Assembly (NCBI GenBank): GCA_051293835.1
Contig: JBPKMA010000001.1
Coordinates: 309,952-373,951, forward strand
DNA length: 64,000 nt
Source of the DNA: Nitrospiraceae bacterium
GTDB taxonomy: Bacteria > Nitrospirota > Nitrospiria > Nitrospirales > Nitrospiraceae
Direction of reading: 5' to 3'
The notes below the pieces were generated by a model. The model had not been told where the DNA came from. It saw nothing but the letters and a program-made list of their open reading frames with translations, and searched no databases. The position numbers and the translations under genes were made by a program. Below, in pieces: positions 45,354 to 55,987 of this stretch. The stretch's first letter is position 1, and each line of letters starts with the position of its first letter.

Positions 45354-45983
45354 ATGACGGCAAATCCTGGATTCCCAATCTCATTGGACGTCAAAGGGTG
45401 GCCCTGCCTTGTGCTGGGCGGTGACGACGAAGCCGCGGAAAAAACCTTGCGGTTGCTGGACGCCGGAGCCAAAGTCACGGTGGTGAACCCGACGCTCAAC
45501 GACACGCTGCGCAAGTTGACGGCCTCAGCCAAGGTCATCCACCGAGTTCGCCTGTTTAGGACGACCGACGTGGAAAGCGTCATCCTCGTGTTGAACACAC
45601 TCCGCGGCGACCGTGACTTTGCCAGGTCGTTGCTGGACTTGGCGCGTGAACGACGGTTTCTCGTGTGGTCGATTGATGAGCCGACCCTGTCGAATGTCAT
45701 GATGCCGGCGGTGGTGAGCCGCGGCCATCTGCGCGTGGCGATCAGCACCAGCGGCGTCTCCCCGGCGCTCGCTAGCCGGTTGCGGCAGGATCTGGAGCAG
45801 ATCTTCGGAGAGGAGTTCACAGCGTTCCTGGACTGGCTGGCTGATCTGCGCGATGAGACCAAAGCGGCCGAGGCCGACGCCGAGAAGCGGCGACTGTTGT
45901 TGCGCGAGGCTGTCAATGGCTTTAAGTTCACCGGAACCATTGAATATCCTAAGGTCTGGCTGGAGCAGCGGCAGAAGGCGTAA
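45354..45983 (+). CDS. Precorrin-2 dehydrogenase / sirohydrochlorin ferrochelatase (SirC/Met8, CysG N-terminal type)
   Basis: 209 aa. CLVLGGDDEAAEKTLRLLDAGAKVTVVNP, LRVAISTSGVSPALASRLRQDLE. Confidence 0.8.
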   Translation: MTANPGFPISLDVKGWPCLVLGGDDEAAEKTLRLLDAGAKVTVVNPTLNDTLRKLTASAKVIHRVRLFRTTDVESVILVLNTLRGDRDFARSLLDLARERRFLVWSIDEPTLSNVMMPAVVSRGHLRVAISTSGVSPALASRLRQDLEQIFGEEFTAFLDWLADLRDETKAAEADAEKRRLLLREAVNGFKFTGTIEYPKVWLEQRQKA

Positions 45984-46084
45984 GGCATAGCTCGTGATGG
46001 GTCGCGCGTGAAGCCTGTTAGGGATAGGAGACGGCTCAAACTGGCCGCTGATACCTGATACCACGCAAAGGAGCGTTTCCCGAC

Positions 46085-46396
46085 ATGGTCTTGCTCGAAT
46101 TCAGTATGTCGCCGCTCGGCAAAGGTGAGAGCGTCGGTAAGTACGTCGCGCGCTCTCTGGATATCATTGATAAGAGCGGTGTGGAGTATCGTCTCAATCC
46201 GATGGGTACGGTTCTGGAGGGAGAATGGGATGAGGTATTCAACGTCGTGAAACAATGCTTCGAGCGGATGAAGAAGGACTGCAACCGTATCTCCTGTACG
46301 ATCAAAGTCGACTACCGCAAGGGCCACAAGGGCCGCCTCACCAGCAAAGTCGTGAGCGTGGAAAAGCATCTCAAACGGAAACTGAAGACTTCCTGA
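46085..46396 (+). CDS. MTH1187/YkoF-family (DUF77) protein
   Basis: 103 aa. VLLEFSMSPLGKGESVGKYVARSLDII..SGVEYRLNPMGTVLEGEWDEV. Confidence 0.8.
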   Translation: MVLLEFSMSPLGKGESVGKYVARSLDIIDKSGVEYRLNPMGTVLEGEWDEVFNVVKQCFERMKKDCNRISCTIKVDYRKGHKGRLTSKVVSVEKHLKRKLKTS

Positions 46397-46695
46397 CGGA
46401 TCAGGAATGCAGTGCTGGGGTGGGGCCTGCTCTGCTTAGGCGGATGATGAGCCGGTTCTGTGCTGCAAATTGCGCGCGTTCACCCGTTGCTGGGCCCTAT
46501 TTCGGTTTTTCAGAGCCATAGGTAGTCTGCCGACATGCCGGTCGCTGTGCTTGTTGTGCGATCTGCGGTCCGCGCGAGTGGAAGGTGAGCAACTCCCGAA
46601 CGAACGAGTTCTGTTGCCACTCGGATGCGAGGATTCTATCCGGTCGAGCCGGAGCGCCTGAACAAGGTTGAACCAGTCGTCCCGCTTCCCTGCTC

Positions 46696-47673
46696 TCAGA
46701 AGACCGAGAATTTGAAATACTTTTTCGGATTCTTTTTTACGTCCGCTACGAACTCCTCCACTTCCGTCAACAGCTTGTCCGTTCGAGTGTAGAGGTCGTC
46801 GCGGGTGACGAGCTTGCCCACCGTGCCTTCGCCGCGCTCGATTTTCTCCAAGAGAAGCTCACCGCGGGCTGTGAGACTGTCCAGCTTGGCATAGAGCGTA
46901 GGATCGGCAAGTTTCGCTAGTGTCCCATTCTGGTTATTCAGGCGATTTGCGAGCTTGGTCAGTTCCTGCACTGCCTGGTTGGCCCGCGTATAAAGCTCCT
47001 TGTCGGTGACGAGCTTCCCGACCGTGCCTTCGCCGTGCTCTACCCTGTCCAGCAGGGTGAGGCTTTTCTCCGCAGCTTTCTCCAAATTTTCCAAGACTCG
47101 TTTGGAGCGCTCGTAGAGCTCGGGATCGTTGATCAACCTGCCAGCCGTGCCTTCCCCCTTTGTAATGGCGGCGAGCGCCAGCCGAACTTCCTGTAGGGCA
47201 GCATTGACGTTTTCGATCGTGGCCGAAGCGCCGAGGGCGAGACTGGTGATATCGGTCTCGGCTCTGCCGGTCAATAGGGACCCCGGCTTCAGCAAAGGTC
47301 TCGACGGCGTGCCGGGGACGATTTCTAGATATTTGTCTCCCAGCAGGCCAAGGGCGCGGATGTGGATCGAAGTGTCCTCGCGAATATGCTGCGCGACTTC
47401 ACGCTTGATGGCGAAGGTGATTTCCACCTGTGGGGTGTTCTGAGCGATCTCGATCTTATGGACATTGCCAATATTCACGCCGTTCATCAAAACCGGACTG
47501 CCCACTTTGAGCCCTTGTGCGTGGCTGACCATCGCACGGAATTGCGTCTTGCGGCTGAGTACTCCTAGGCCTTCTTCCAGGTTCAAAATCATGACCATTA
47601 TGATGGCCAAGGCTATCAAGACCAGGATGCCGATCTTGACTTGCGCCCAGGTCAGATCAGATCGTCTTGTCAT
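46696..47673 (-). CDS. mlaD: MlaD/MCE-family substrate-binding protein with extended helical C-terminus
   Basis: 325 aa. N-terminal TM, MCE domain (LKVGSPVLMNGVNIGNV), repeated GEGTVGKLV helical repeats. Confidence 0.85.
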   Translation of the reverse strand: MTRRSDLTWAQVKIGILVLIALAIIMVMILNLEEGLGVLSRKTQFRAMVSHAQGLKVGSPVLMNGVNIGNVHKIEIAQNTPQVEITFAIKREVAQHIREDTSIHIRALGLLGDKYLEIVPGTPSRPLLKPGSLLTGRAETDITSLALGASATIENVNAALQEVRLALAAITKGEGTAGRLINDPELYERSKRVLENLEKAAEKSLTLLDRVEHGEGTVGKLVTDKELYTRANQAVQELTKLANRLNNQNGTLAKLADPTLYAKLDSLTARGELLLEKIERGEGTVGKLVTRDDLYTRTDKLLTEVEEFVADVKKNPKKYFKFSVF

Positions 47674-47691
47674 AGTTCATGTCCCCAGGTC

Positions 47692-48459
47692 CTAGTCCGA
47701 ATTACGTCCGGCATAGGTGTCCCACTCTTCAGGCGACAACGTGGCCGGGTCGAGGAATCTGCGAATTTCCGGGTTCCGGCCGTCGGCCAGTTCTTGCGGT
47801 GTGCCCTGAAACATGACCTGCCCTTTGTGGAGCAGGACGACGTGATCGGCGACGCGGAATGCCAGATCTAGATCGTGAGTGACCACGACCTGGGTTACCC
47901 CCTTGGCCTTGAGCTGCAGAAGCAGGTGTCCGATGGCGTAGGCATTGATCGGGTCCAGGCCGGCGGTGGGCTCGTCGTAGAGAATCACCCGTGCGCCGCT
48001 GGCCAGCGCACGGGCGATCCCGACCCGCTTGCGCATGCCGCCGCTGAGGTCAGCCGGCATGTTGTCGATCACCTCTTCCAATCCGACGAACCGCAGACTT
48101 TGCCGGACTCGCCGCTCAATGTCCTCATCGGACAATGCACCTTGCTCCCACAACCGATAGCCGACGTTTTCACGCACGGAGAGCGAATCGAACAGAGCGG
48201 CGCTCTGGAACACCATCGCCATCTTCCGTCGAATCCGCGGCAATGCTTGTTCGGAAAGGCGCGTGATATCCTCGTCCTCGATGCGGATGCTCCCCCGATC
48301 CGGTTTGTGCAGACCGAGGATCAGCCGGAGAAGAGTTGTCTTTCCCGAACCGCTTCCGCCCAAAATGACCTTCGTTTCGCCCGGCTCGACGTGAAACGAG
48401 ATGCGTTCCAGAACCTTTCGATTGCCGAGCGTCACCTCGACTGCATCGAGTCGAATCAT
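47692..48459 (-). CDS. mlaF: ABC transporter ATP-binding protein (MlaF type)
   Basis: 255 aa. GGSGSGKTT, LSGGMRKRVGIARAL, VILYDEPTAGLD. Confidence 0.9.
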   Translation of the reverse strand: MIRLDAVEVTLGNRKVLERISFHVEPGETKVILGGSGSGKTTLLRLILGLHKPDRGSIRIEDEDITRLSEQALPRIRRKMAMVFQSAALFDSLSVRENVGYRLWEQGALSDEDIERRVRQSLRFVGLEEVIDNMPADLSGGMRKRVGIARALASGARVILYDEPTAGLDPINAYAIGHLLLQLKAKGVTQVVVTHDLDLAFRVADHVVLLHKGQVMFQGTPQELADGRNPEIRRFLDPATLSPEEWDTYAGRNSD

Positions 48460-48467
48460 TGGCTGGC

Positions 48468-49235
48468 CTACAGTGCCATAAACAGCTTGGTCAGAAAGAA
48501 ATCGCTAGCCAAGATCAAAATTGAAGAGGAGACCATCGACTGGGTCGTCGAAACGCCAACGCCGACTGTGCCGCCTTTGGTCGCGAAGCCGGCATAGCAT
48601 CCGACCATGGCGATGAAAAATCCGAACACGACCGGTTTGATCAAACCGAGGACGAGATCCTGCCGCCGGAGCGCTTCGAAGGCCCAGGTCCAATAAAAGT
48701 AGGAGTCGATGCCCAGGTACAGTTTGGCGACCAACCATCCGCCGAAAATCGCGATACCGTCTGTGAGAATGGTGAGCAGGGGAATCATGCAGAGGCATGC
48801 GATCAGCCGGGTCGTGACCAGTTTGTGGATCGGATCGGTGCCTTCGGCGCGCAAGGCGTCGATCTGCTCGGTGACAGTCATCGAGGCGAGCTCCGATGCG
48901 ATGCCGGTGCCGACCCGTCCGGCGATCATGAGGGCGGCGAGGACTGGACCGAGTTCGCGTACGACCGAGGTGCTGATCAGGCGCGAGACGTAGATGCTGG
49001 CCCCGTACGGTTCCAGTTGGACCGCGCCTTGGAGTGCCAATACCATACCGGTGAACATGCCGGTCAGAACGACGATAAACAGCGAACCCACCCCGATGCG
49101 ATCCATCTGGAGAATGGTTTCTCGCACGTAATACGGCGGGCGAAACAGATTCACGACGGTTCTGGCGCAGAGGAACGTGAATTCCTGGACGACCCACACA
49201 TACCCCAGTATCGTTTCCTTCAGCCTCACGACCAC
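48468..49235 (-). CDS. mlaE: ABC transporter permease (MlaE type)
   Basis: Typical MlaE core (QMDRIGVGSLFIV..., ALRAEGTDPIHKLV). I chose GTG 49235. The tracked ATG 49406 would overlap alr by 70 nt. Confidence 0.85.
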   Translation of the reverse strand: MVVRLKETILGYVWVVQEFTFLCARTVVNLFRPPYYVRETILQMDRIGVGSLFIVVLTGMFTGMVLALQGAVQLEPYGASIYVSRLISTSVVRELGPVLAALMIAGRVGTGIASELASMTVTEQIDALRAEGTDPIHKLVTTRLIACLCMIPLLTILTDGIAIFGGWLVAKLYLGIDSYFYWTWAFEALRRQDLVLGLIKPVVFGFFIAMVGCYAGFATKGGTVGVGVSTTQSMVSSSILILASDFFLTKLFMAL

Positions 49236-49335
49236 CCGTTGGCAAGTTACTGCAGACCAAGCTCCAGGCAAAACTCCGAAAATTATATGGTATGGCTGCG
49301 AAGGCGACAATGCAGGAATCGGTTTGGCACAGGGG

Positions 49336-50484
49336 TCACGATGGGGGGAGGGGCTCGGATTGATAGATGCGCGGCACGCGCGGGCCGATTGCACAGAGCA
49401 CTTCATAAGGGATGGTGTTGAGCCACGCCGCGATGTCGTCGGCTGTGATGCGCTGCGAACCCTGGCGTCCGATCAGCACGGCCTGCTGGCCTGGACTCAC
49501 ATCCGCAAGATCGGTGACGTCGATGAGCGTCATATCCATGCAGATGCGGCCGATCACGGGCGCGCGGCGGCCGCCGATGAGCACGGAGGCACGGTTCGAA
49601 AGCATACGGTTGTAGCCGTCTGCGTAGCCGATCGGCAGGATGGCCACCCGCGAAGGCCGCTGCGCGACGAAGGATCGATTGTAGCTGACGCTGCCTCCCC
49701 GGGGAACTGATCGAATCTGGGCGATGGTGGAGACCAATGAGAGGACGGGCTTGAGGTCGGGAACCGGCTCACCAGCCGGCAGGGTGTGATATCCATAGAG
49801 CATGATGCCGGGCCGAACCGCCGTAAAGTGGGATGATGGGTAGCGAAGAATGGCCGCGCTGTTGGCGGTATGGATCAGCGGGACCGCTAGGCCGACTTGC
49901 TTGACGCCATCGAGGAACAGGCGGAAGCGCGCGAGTTGCCCTTCCGTATAGTCCCGCTCCTCGCCGTCTGCGTCCGCCAAATGAGTCATCAGACCTTCGA
50001 TGCGCAGAGGCCCGTTGAACGCCGGCCTCCGCAATAGGGCCAGCGCCTCTTCGGGCGAAAATCCCAACCGCCCCATGCCGGTATCGACTTTGAGATGCAC
50101 CGGATAGGGTTCGGACCGGGACCTGAGTTGTTTGACAAACGCATCAGTCAAGCGTTCGTCGTAGAGCACCGGGGTGAGGCGGTGGGCGATCAAGTCAGGA
50201 AACTGCGGCGGAAACACGGCGCCCATGACCAGGATCGGGCTTTCGATGCCGGCCTGGCGAAGCGTAAGTCCCTCGTCCAGGGACGCAACGCCCAGACGGG
50301 GAATGCCCAGGCGCAGCAGCGCGCGGGATATTTCGACCAGACCGTGCCCATAGGCGTTGGCTTTGACAACAGCGATGATTTCGCAGGATGCCGGGATGCG
50401 TGAACGGATGACGGCCAGATTGTGGGCCAACGCCTGCAGATCGATGGCGGCGAACGTCGGACAGGGAAACGGTACAAGCGACAC
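49336..50484 (-). CDS. alr: Alanine racemase
   Basis: 382 aa. PLP-lysine motif AVVKANAYGHG and the C-terminal beta domain. Confidence 0.9.
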   Translation of the reverse strand: MSLVPFPCPTFAAIDLQALAHNLAVIRSRIPASCEIIAVVKANAYGHGLVEISRALLRLGIPRLGVASLDEGLTLRQAGIESPILVMGAVFPPQFPDLIAHRLTPVLYDERLTDAFVKQLRSRSEPYPVHLKVDTGMGRLGFSPEEALALLRRPAFNGPLRIEGLMTHLADADGEERDYTEGQLARFRLFLDGVKQVGLAVPLIHTANSAAILRYPSSHFTAVRPGIMLYGYHTLPAGEPVPDLKPVLSLVSTIAQIRSVPRGGSVSYNRSFVAQRPSRVAILPIGYADGYNRMLSNRASVLIGGRRAPVIGRICMDMTLIDVTDLADVSPGQQAVLIGRQGSQRITADDIAAWLNTIPYEVLCAIGPRVPRIYQSEPLPPS

Positions 50485-50491
50485 GCGGACG

Positions 50492-51061
50492 TCAGACTTC
50501 CAAAATTTCTTCTTCTTTTTTCTTCAGAACCTGATCAACCTTCTGAACGTACTGATCGGTGAGCTTCTGGATCTCCTGTTCGGCTTTGCGCCATTCGTCT
50601 TCGGTCAGCTTGGACTCTTTTTGCAACTGCTTCAATTCGTGGTTGCTGTCGTGGCGGGCGTTGCGGATGTGGATTTTGGTCTCTTCGCCGTGCTTCTTGC
50701 ACACCTTGATCAGTTCCCTGCGGCGTTCCTCGCTGAGCGGGGGGAGTGGGATGCGGATGATCTTGCCGTCGTTCGAGGGAGTGAGCCCGAGGTCGGATGC
50801 GAGCAGGGCCTTCTCAATTTCCTTGATCAGTTGAGGCTCCCAAGGTTGGATGGTGATCAACCGCGCTTCGGGCGCGGCCAAGTTCGCCACCTGTCTCAAG
50901 GGGGTTGGCGTCCCGTAATAATTCACCTTGATGCCGTCCAGCAACGAGACGGAGGCGCGGCCGCTGCGGATGCCGGCCAGCTCCCGCTTCAAATGCTCGA
51001 GCGCCGCTTCCATGCGTTCTGCCGTTTTTTTACGGACCGGTTCAGCGAACGTCATCGCCAT
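50492..51061 (-). CDS. frr: Ribosome recycling factor
   Basis: ATG 51061. ...LKRELAGIRSGRASVSLLDGIKVNYYG...; conserved position after pyrH. Confidence 0.92.
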   Translation of the reverse strand: MAMTFAEPVRKKTAERMEAALEHLKRELAGIRSGRASVSLLDGIKVNYYGTPTPLRQVANLAAPEARLITIQPWEPQLIKEIEKALLASDLGLTPSNDGKIIRIPLPPLSEERRRELIKVCKKHGEETKIHIRNARHDSNHELKQLQKESKLTEDEWRKAEQEIQKLTDQYVQKVDQVLKKKEEEILEV

Positions 51062-51077
51062 GGGACTACCCGCGTTG

Positions 51078-51803
51078 TCAACGGCCACCGGGAGTGACCA
51101 GTGTGCCGATCTTCTCGCCTTGCACCACTCGTCGCAAGTTTCCCTTTTCTTTCAGGTTGAAGACGATCAGCGGCAGATTGTTATCCATGCAGAGGCTGAT
51201 CGCTGTCGAATCCATCACCTTGAGATTGTGATTGAGCACGAAGAGAAAGGACAATTCAGTGAACTTCTTGGCGGAAGGGGTGGTCAGAGGGTCAGCGTCG
51301 TAAATCCCGTCGACCTTGGTCCCTTTCATAATCACTTCCGCGCCGATCTCCATCGCCCGCAGGGCCGCGGCCGTATCGGTGGAGAAGTAGGGATTGCCGG
51401 TTCCGGCGGCGAAGATGACGACCCGCTTCTTTTCCAAATGGCGGATCGCCCTGCGACGGATGTACCCTTCCGCCAGTTGCCGCATCTCGATAGCCGATTG
51501 GACGCGCGTCGTGACGCCTTTGCGTTCCAGGGCGTTCTGCAGCGCCAGCGCGTTGAGCACCGTTGCCAACATGCCCATATAATCGGCGGAGGCCCGTTCC
51601 ATCCCAGTGGCGCTGGCGGCGATGCCTCGGAAAATGTTGCCGCCGCCGATGACGATGGCGACCTCCACGCCCAATGAGACCACGTCAGCGATCTCGTCGG
51701 CGAGGCCTTCGAGGACTGAAGGCTGAATTCCATACCCCTGCTCACCAGCCAGGATCTCTCCGCTGACCTTGAGGAGAATCCGCTGGTATTTGGCAGAGTT
51801 CAT
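51078..51803 (-). CDS. pyrH: UMP kinase
   Basis: 241 aa. [40 protein letters not shown]. Confidence 0.93.
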   Translation of the reverse strand: MNSAKYQRILLKVSGEILAGEQGYGIQPSVLEGLADEIADVVSLGVEVAIVIGGGNIFRGIAASATGMERASADYMGMLATVLNALALQNALERKGVTTRVQSAIEMRQLAEGYIRRRAIRHLEKKRVVIFAAGTGNPYFSTDTAAALRAMEIGAEVIMKGTKVDGIYDADPLTTPSAKKFTELSFLFVLNHNLKVMDSTAISLCMDNNLPLIVFNLKEKGNLRRVVQGEKIGTLVTPGGR

Positions 51804-52396
51804 GCTTGGCCTAGTTGGTAGCGCGTGAACCGACGAATGTTCATGTTCTCGCCGATCTTGGCGATCTTTTGCGCTAACAGATCCTTGATAGTGACGGTTG
51901 GATCCTTGATGAATTCCTGCTCGAGCAGGCAGCGCTGTTGATAGAATTTTTCCAGTTTGCCTTCCACGATTTTGGCCCAGGCGGTTTGCGGCTTGCCCGT
52001 CTCCTTCGCCTGCGCCTCATAAATGCTCTTTTCCTTCTCGATGATGTCGGCCGGAACGTCTTCCCGCCTGATGTACCAGGGATCCGTTGCAGCGATCTGC
52101 AGGGCCAGGTCGTTTACAAAGGCTTTGAACTCTTCATTGCGTGCGACAAAGTCCGTCTCGCAGTTGACTTCGATCAGGACGCCGATCTTGCCGCCTCCGT
52201 GAATATAAGCGTGGATCAGCCCCTGATTAGTCTCTCGCCCTGCCTTCTTCTGTGCGGCGGCCAACCCTTTCTGCCGCAGGTAGTCGATCGCCTTTTCGAC
52301 ATTGTTTCCCGTTTCGGTCAGAGCTTTCTGACAATCAAGAATTCCGGCTCCCGTCTTTTCGCGAAGTTCTTTGACTAAAGTGCTCATGCCAGCCAT
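51800..52396 (-). CDS. tsf: Elongation factor Ts (short form)
   Basis: ATG 52396 with AGGAG 10 nt upstream. [20 protein letters not shown] (UBA-like N-domain). The tracked 5' extension to 52600 is Arg/Ser-rich and overlaps rpsB. Confidence 0.9.
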   Translation of the reverse strand: MAGMSTLVKELREKTGAGILDCQKALTETGNNVEKAIDYLRQKGLAAAQKKAGRETNQGLIHAYIHGGGKIGVLIEVNCETDFVARNEEFKAFVNDLALQIAATDPWYIRREDVPADIIEKEKSIYEAQAKETGKPQTAWAKIVEGKLEKFYQQRCLLEQEFIKDPTVTIKDLLAQKIAKIGENMNIRRFTRYQLGQA

Positions 52397-52460
52397 GTTG
52401 TCATGTCTCCTACCGGTGTGGTCGTGATGATCCTCCCAATGATCCGATCTGCTCCGGCTG

Positions 52461-53249
52461 TCACGGCGCGATCTGAACGCTTTCCAAGGAGGCCGGCATT
52501 GGCCTGCCTTCCGTGCGCTTCTCGTCGACGAGTGGTTCGGCGAACTCGCTTTCTTCGCGTTGCGCGCGGAGGTGGGCGCCTTCGATGCAAGCGTCGGCAA
52601 TGCGCGAGGTGATCAGCTTGATCGATCGGATTGCATCGTCGTTGCCAGGGATGGGGTAGTCGATGTCGTCGGGGTCGCAGTTGGTGTCAACGATCGCGAC
52701 CACCGGGATACTGAGTCGGTTCGCCTCCTGGACGGCGATGCGCTCGACGCGGGTGTCGAGCACAAACACGCAGCCCGGTAACTCCTTCATGTTTTTGATG
52801 CCGGAGAGGTACTTCTCGAGCTTGGCCTTCTCCTTCTGCATCTGGTTCAGCTCTTTCTTCGTCAGGCTCTGGTGCGCGGTGTCCGCCAGCGTCGCCTCCA
52901 TTTTCTTGAGCTTGTCGACGCTGCGGCGGATGGTCTGAAAATTGGTCAGCATGCCGCCCAGCCAGCGCTGGTTCACGTAAAACATGCCGGCGCGCTTAGC
53001 TTCTTCCTCAAGGATTTCCGCCGCTTGACGCTTGGTGCCGACAAAAAGAACCGACTCGCCGGCCGCCACCGTGTCGCGGACGAAGGCATAGGCCTGGTGC
53101 AACCGCTCCAACGTCTGCTGCAAGTCGATGATATAAATCCCGTTTCGTTCTCCAAAGAGAAATTTCTTCATTTTCGGGTTCCAGCGGTTGGTCTGGTGCC
53201 CGAAGTGCACGCCCGCTTCCAAAAGCTCTTTAATGGTAACCACTCCCAT
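52461..53249 (-). CDS. rpsB: 30S ribosomal protein S2
   Basis: ATG 53249 after [33 protein letters not shown]. Confidence 0.93.
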   Translation of the reverse strand: MGVVTIKELLEAGVHFGHQTNRWNPKMKKFLFGERNGIYIIDLQQTLERLHQAYAFVRDTVAAGESVLFVGTKRQAAEILEEEAKRAGMFYVNQRWLGGMLTNFQTIRRSVDKLKKMEATLADTAHQSLTKKELNQMQKEKAKLEKYLSGIKNMKELPGCVFVLDTRVERIAVQEANRLSIPVVAIVDTNCDPDDIDYPIPGNDDAIRSIKLITSRIADACIEGAHLRAQREESEFAEPLVDEKRTEGRPMPASLESVQIAP

Positions 53250-53523
53250 GCCTTCACCTCCCTCCAATGCTTGCGGAGCGTCTCTCAACCCGTCGGGTAC
53301 CCATGGGCCACGTGGAATGCGTCTGGGTGCCGGAAGAACGACAGGAATCGGAGACGAGAAGGTTCGCCCTTCTTATTTTATTCCCAAGCTGCGCGGCATG
53401 CTCGTCATGCCGGTGTGAATTTGGAATAACGAGTGATGTCTCTTCGGCGAGAGACCTGCAAAGCCTTGGCACGCTAGCACAATCACTCCGGCTTTGCAAG
53501 CCGTTGGTTGGCGGGAGAATCGC

Positions 53524-54744
53524 TCACGAACGATAACTGGCGTTGATCTTGACGTAGTCATAGGACAAATCTGTCATCCAGAAATGCGCATTCCCGGGTC
53601 CCAGGCCGAGATCGACCGAGATGGTGAACTCTTTGCGATGCAAAATTCTCTCAATGCGCCGTTCGGCCTGTGCCCCGCAGCCAACCCCTGCTTTGACCAT
53701 CGTGACTCCGTCAAATGCCAGGGTAATCTGTTCCGGATCGAGGGGAACGCCGGAACGGCCGACGGCCGCCATAATACGCCCCCAGTTGGCGTCCTGACCG
53801 AACAAGGCGGTCTTCACCAGGCAGGACGTGGCAATCGTCCGGGCAACACGGCGCGCGTCATCGTTGGTTCGGGCTCCTGTAACGAGGACCTGGACCACTT
53901 TCGTGACCCCTTCCCCGTCGCGACAGACCTGCAGTGCCAGAGAAAGGCAGGCGGCGTTGAGCAGGCGCTGAAAGAGTCTTGCGTTGGACGTATTAGCCTC
54001 GATCATCGTGTTCCCAGCCAAACCGTTTGCCAGACAGAGAACCATATCGTTAGTGCTGGTATCGCCATCTACTGAAATGCAGTTGAACGATTGATCCACG
54101 GCAGTGCGGAGAGCCTGCTGGAGACACGGTTGTGTGATCCGAGCGTCGGTCGTGAGATAGGCCAGCAGGGTGGCCATGTTTGGATGGATCATGCCGGAGC
54201 CCTTGGCCATACCGCCCACGGTGACCGTTCGGCCGCCGATTGTTCCTTTTACGGCGACTTGTTTGACCTTGAGGTCGGTCGTCATGATCGCCTGAGCGGC
54301 TTCGGTTCCACCGCCTCGGCGCAGACGCCTCATCAACAGGGGAATCCCGGTTCTAATGCGGGCGATCGGCAGCGGTTGCCCGATCACGCCTGTCGATCCC
54401 ACGAAGACTTTTTCCCGTGCGATCCCCAAACGCGCGGCGACCAACGCCGCCATCTCTTCCGCCGCGGCGAGACCTTCATGGCCGGTGCAGGCGTTAGCAT
54501 TTCCGCTGTTCACGATGATGGCGCGGCCGATGCCATGTCGGAGGTGCAGCCGGTTGATCACCACCGGCGCCGCAACGATCTGATTGGTTGTGAAAACCCC
54601 TGCAATCGGCCCTTCCTGATCCGACACGACAAGGGCCAGGTCCTTGGCTTTTTTTTTCTTGATCCCGCAGTGGACCCCGGCGGCTTGAAATCCCTGCGGA
54701 GCGGTGATGCCACCTCGAACGACTCTCACGCGATCGGAACTCAT
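53524..54744 (-). CDS. argJ: Bifunctional glutamate N-acetyltransferase / amino-acid acetyltransferase
   Basis: 406 aa. Autoprocessing site context HPNMATLLAYLTTD. GGITAPQGF. Confidence 0.92.
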   Translation of the reverse strand: MSSDRVRVVRGGITAPQGFQAAGVHCGIKKKKAKDLALVVSDQEGPIAGVFTTNQIVAAPVVINRLHLRHGIGRAIIVNSGNANACTGHEGLAAAEEMAALVAARLGIAREKVFVGSTGVIGQPLPIARIRTGIPLLMRRLRRGGGTEAAQAIMTTDLKVKQVAVKGTIGGRTVTVGGMAKGSGMIHPNMATLLAYLTTDARITQPCLQQALRTAVDQSFNCISVDGDTSTNDMVLCLANGLAGNTMIEANTSNARLFQRLLNAACLSLALQVCRDGEGVTKVVQVLVTGARTNDDARRVARTIATSCLVKTALFGQDANWGRIMAAVGRSGVPLDPEQITLAFDGVTMVKAGVGCGAQAERRIERILHRKEFTISVDLGLGPGNAHFWMTDLSYDYVKINASYRS

Positions 54745-54784
54745 GGGGCAACCACGAGGGAATTGGAACAGATTGGGTTGGGTA

Positions 54785-55879
54785 TCACGGGAAAACCCCG
54801 GGGGCGGTAAGGCCTAGATCTTCCGGCCATCCCATCATGAGATTGAGCGCCTGGATCGCTTGCCCGGCGGCGCCTTTCACGAGATTGTCCAGCGCAGCCA
54901 CGGTGATGACCCAGCCAGCCCGCGCGTCGATGAAGACGCCAATATCGCAGAAATTGGAGCCACGGATGTATCGGGGATTGGGCGTGAAGTCCTCGCACAC
55001 CCGCACGAAACGCTCGCCCTTGAAGAAATCCCGATAGAGCGACCGTAGCTCGGCAAGCTCGATCGCACGCGTGAGCCGGCCATAGGCTGTGCTCAGGATG
55101 CCGCGATTCAGGGGGACCAGGTGTGGGGTAAAGACCACACGAAGGGACAGTGCGGTTCCCTCTGGACTGTTCTCTCCTCGAGCCCGGCCGGTCAGAATGG
55201 CCAGGAGTTCCTGTTCGATCTCGGGAATGTGCCGGTGCTGGCCAAGCTTATAGGGTTCCACTGAGTCGTGCGCCTCGGGAAAATGATAGGGCAAAGCCGG
55301 GCTGCGGCCCGCTCCAGAAATCCCCGATTTAGCGTCGATGACGATGCTATCCGGCTGAATCAGCCCGTTGGCCACGAGCGGGGCCAATTGCAGGATGGCA
55401 GCGGTTGGATAGCAGCCAGGGGAAGCGACCAGACGCGCCTGGCGGATTTCTGATCGATGCAGCTCCGGCAGTCCGTACACCGCTTCAGCCAGCAATTCTT
55501 TCTGCGGGTGAACGGTCTGATACCAGGTTTCGTAGACGGCGGGATCCTTGAGCCGATAATCGGCGCTCAGATCTACGACCTTCCTGCCGGCGGTCACGCA
55601 CGTGGCGACCGGTAGCAGCGATTTCGTATGAGGGAGTGCGAAGAAGATCACATCAGCACGAGCGGCGACGGCCTCCGGTTCCAGGGCCTCAAAAGACAGC
55701 CGAACCATCGAAGCCAAGTTCGGGAACAGGGTCGCGACTGGGGTACCGGCCGATTTCTCCGACGTCACCACCGTCAGTTCCAAACGTGGGTGTCCTGAGA
55801 TAAGGCGTACGAGCTCGACGCCGGTGTAGCCGCTGGCGCCGACCACCGCCGCTCTGATCTTTTCCCGTGACCCCTGCAC
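54785..55879 (-). CDS. argC: N-acetyl-gamma-glutamyl-phosphate reductase
   Basis: 364 aa. VVGASGYTG, catalytic Cys context ASPGCYPTA. Confidence 0.92.
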   Translation of the reverse strand: MQGSREKIRAAVVGASGYTGVELVRLISGHPRLELTVVTSEKSAGTPVATLFPNLASMVRLSFEALEPEAVAARADVIFFALPHTKSLLPVATCVTAGRKVVDLSADYRLKDPAVYETWYQTVHPQKELLAEAVYGLPELHRSEIRQARLVASPGCYPTAAILQLAPLVANGLIQPDSIVIDAKSGISGAGRSPALPYHFPEAHDSVEPYKLGQHRHIPEIEQELLAILTGRARGENSPEGTALSLRVVFTPHLVPLNRGILSTAYGRLTRAIELAELRSLYRDFFKGERFVRVCEDFTPNPRYIRGSNFCDIGVFIDARAGWVITVAALDNLVKGAAGQAIQALNLMMGWPEDLGLTAPGVFP

Positions 55880-55987
55880 TGTTACCTCCTGCCCCCAAAG
55901 AGGCCCGCGGCGAAAACTGCGAAGCAGCGCGGCACAAAAAAGGGAAGGCCGGAAGCCTTCCCTTGAGAGTCTCTCTGCTTTTGGCCG

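Noticed and set aside
45308-46369. 353-aa minus-strand ORF spanning the SirC-like and DUF77 genes
   Set aside because: It is antisense to two plus-strand genes with recognisable motifs and crosses their intergenic region. The composition is Ser/Arg-rich and low-complexity, so I treat it as an artefact.
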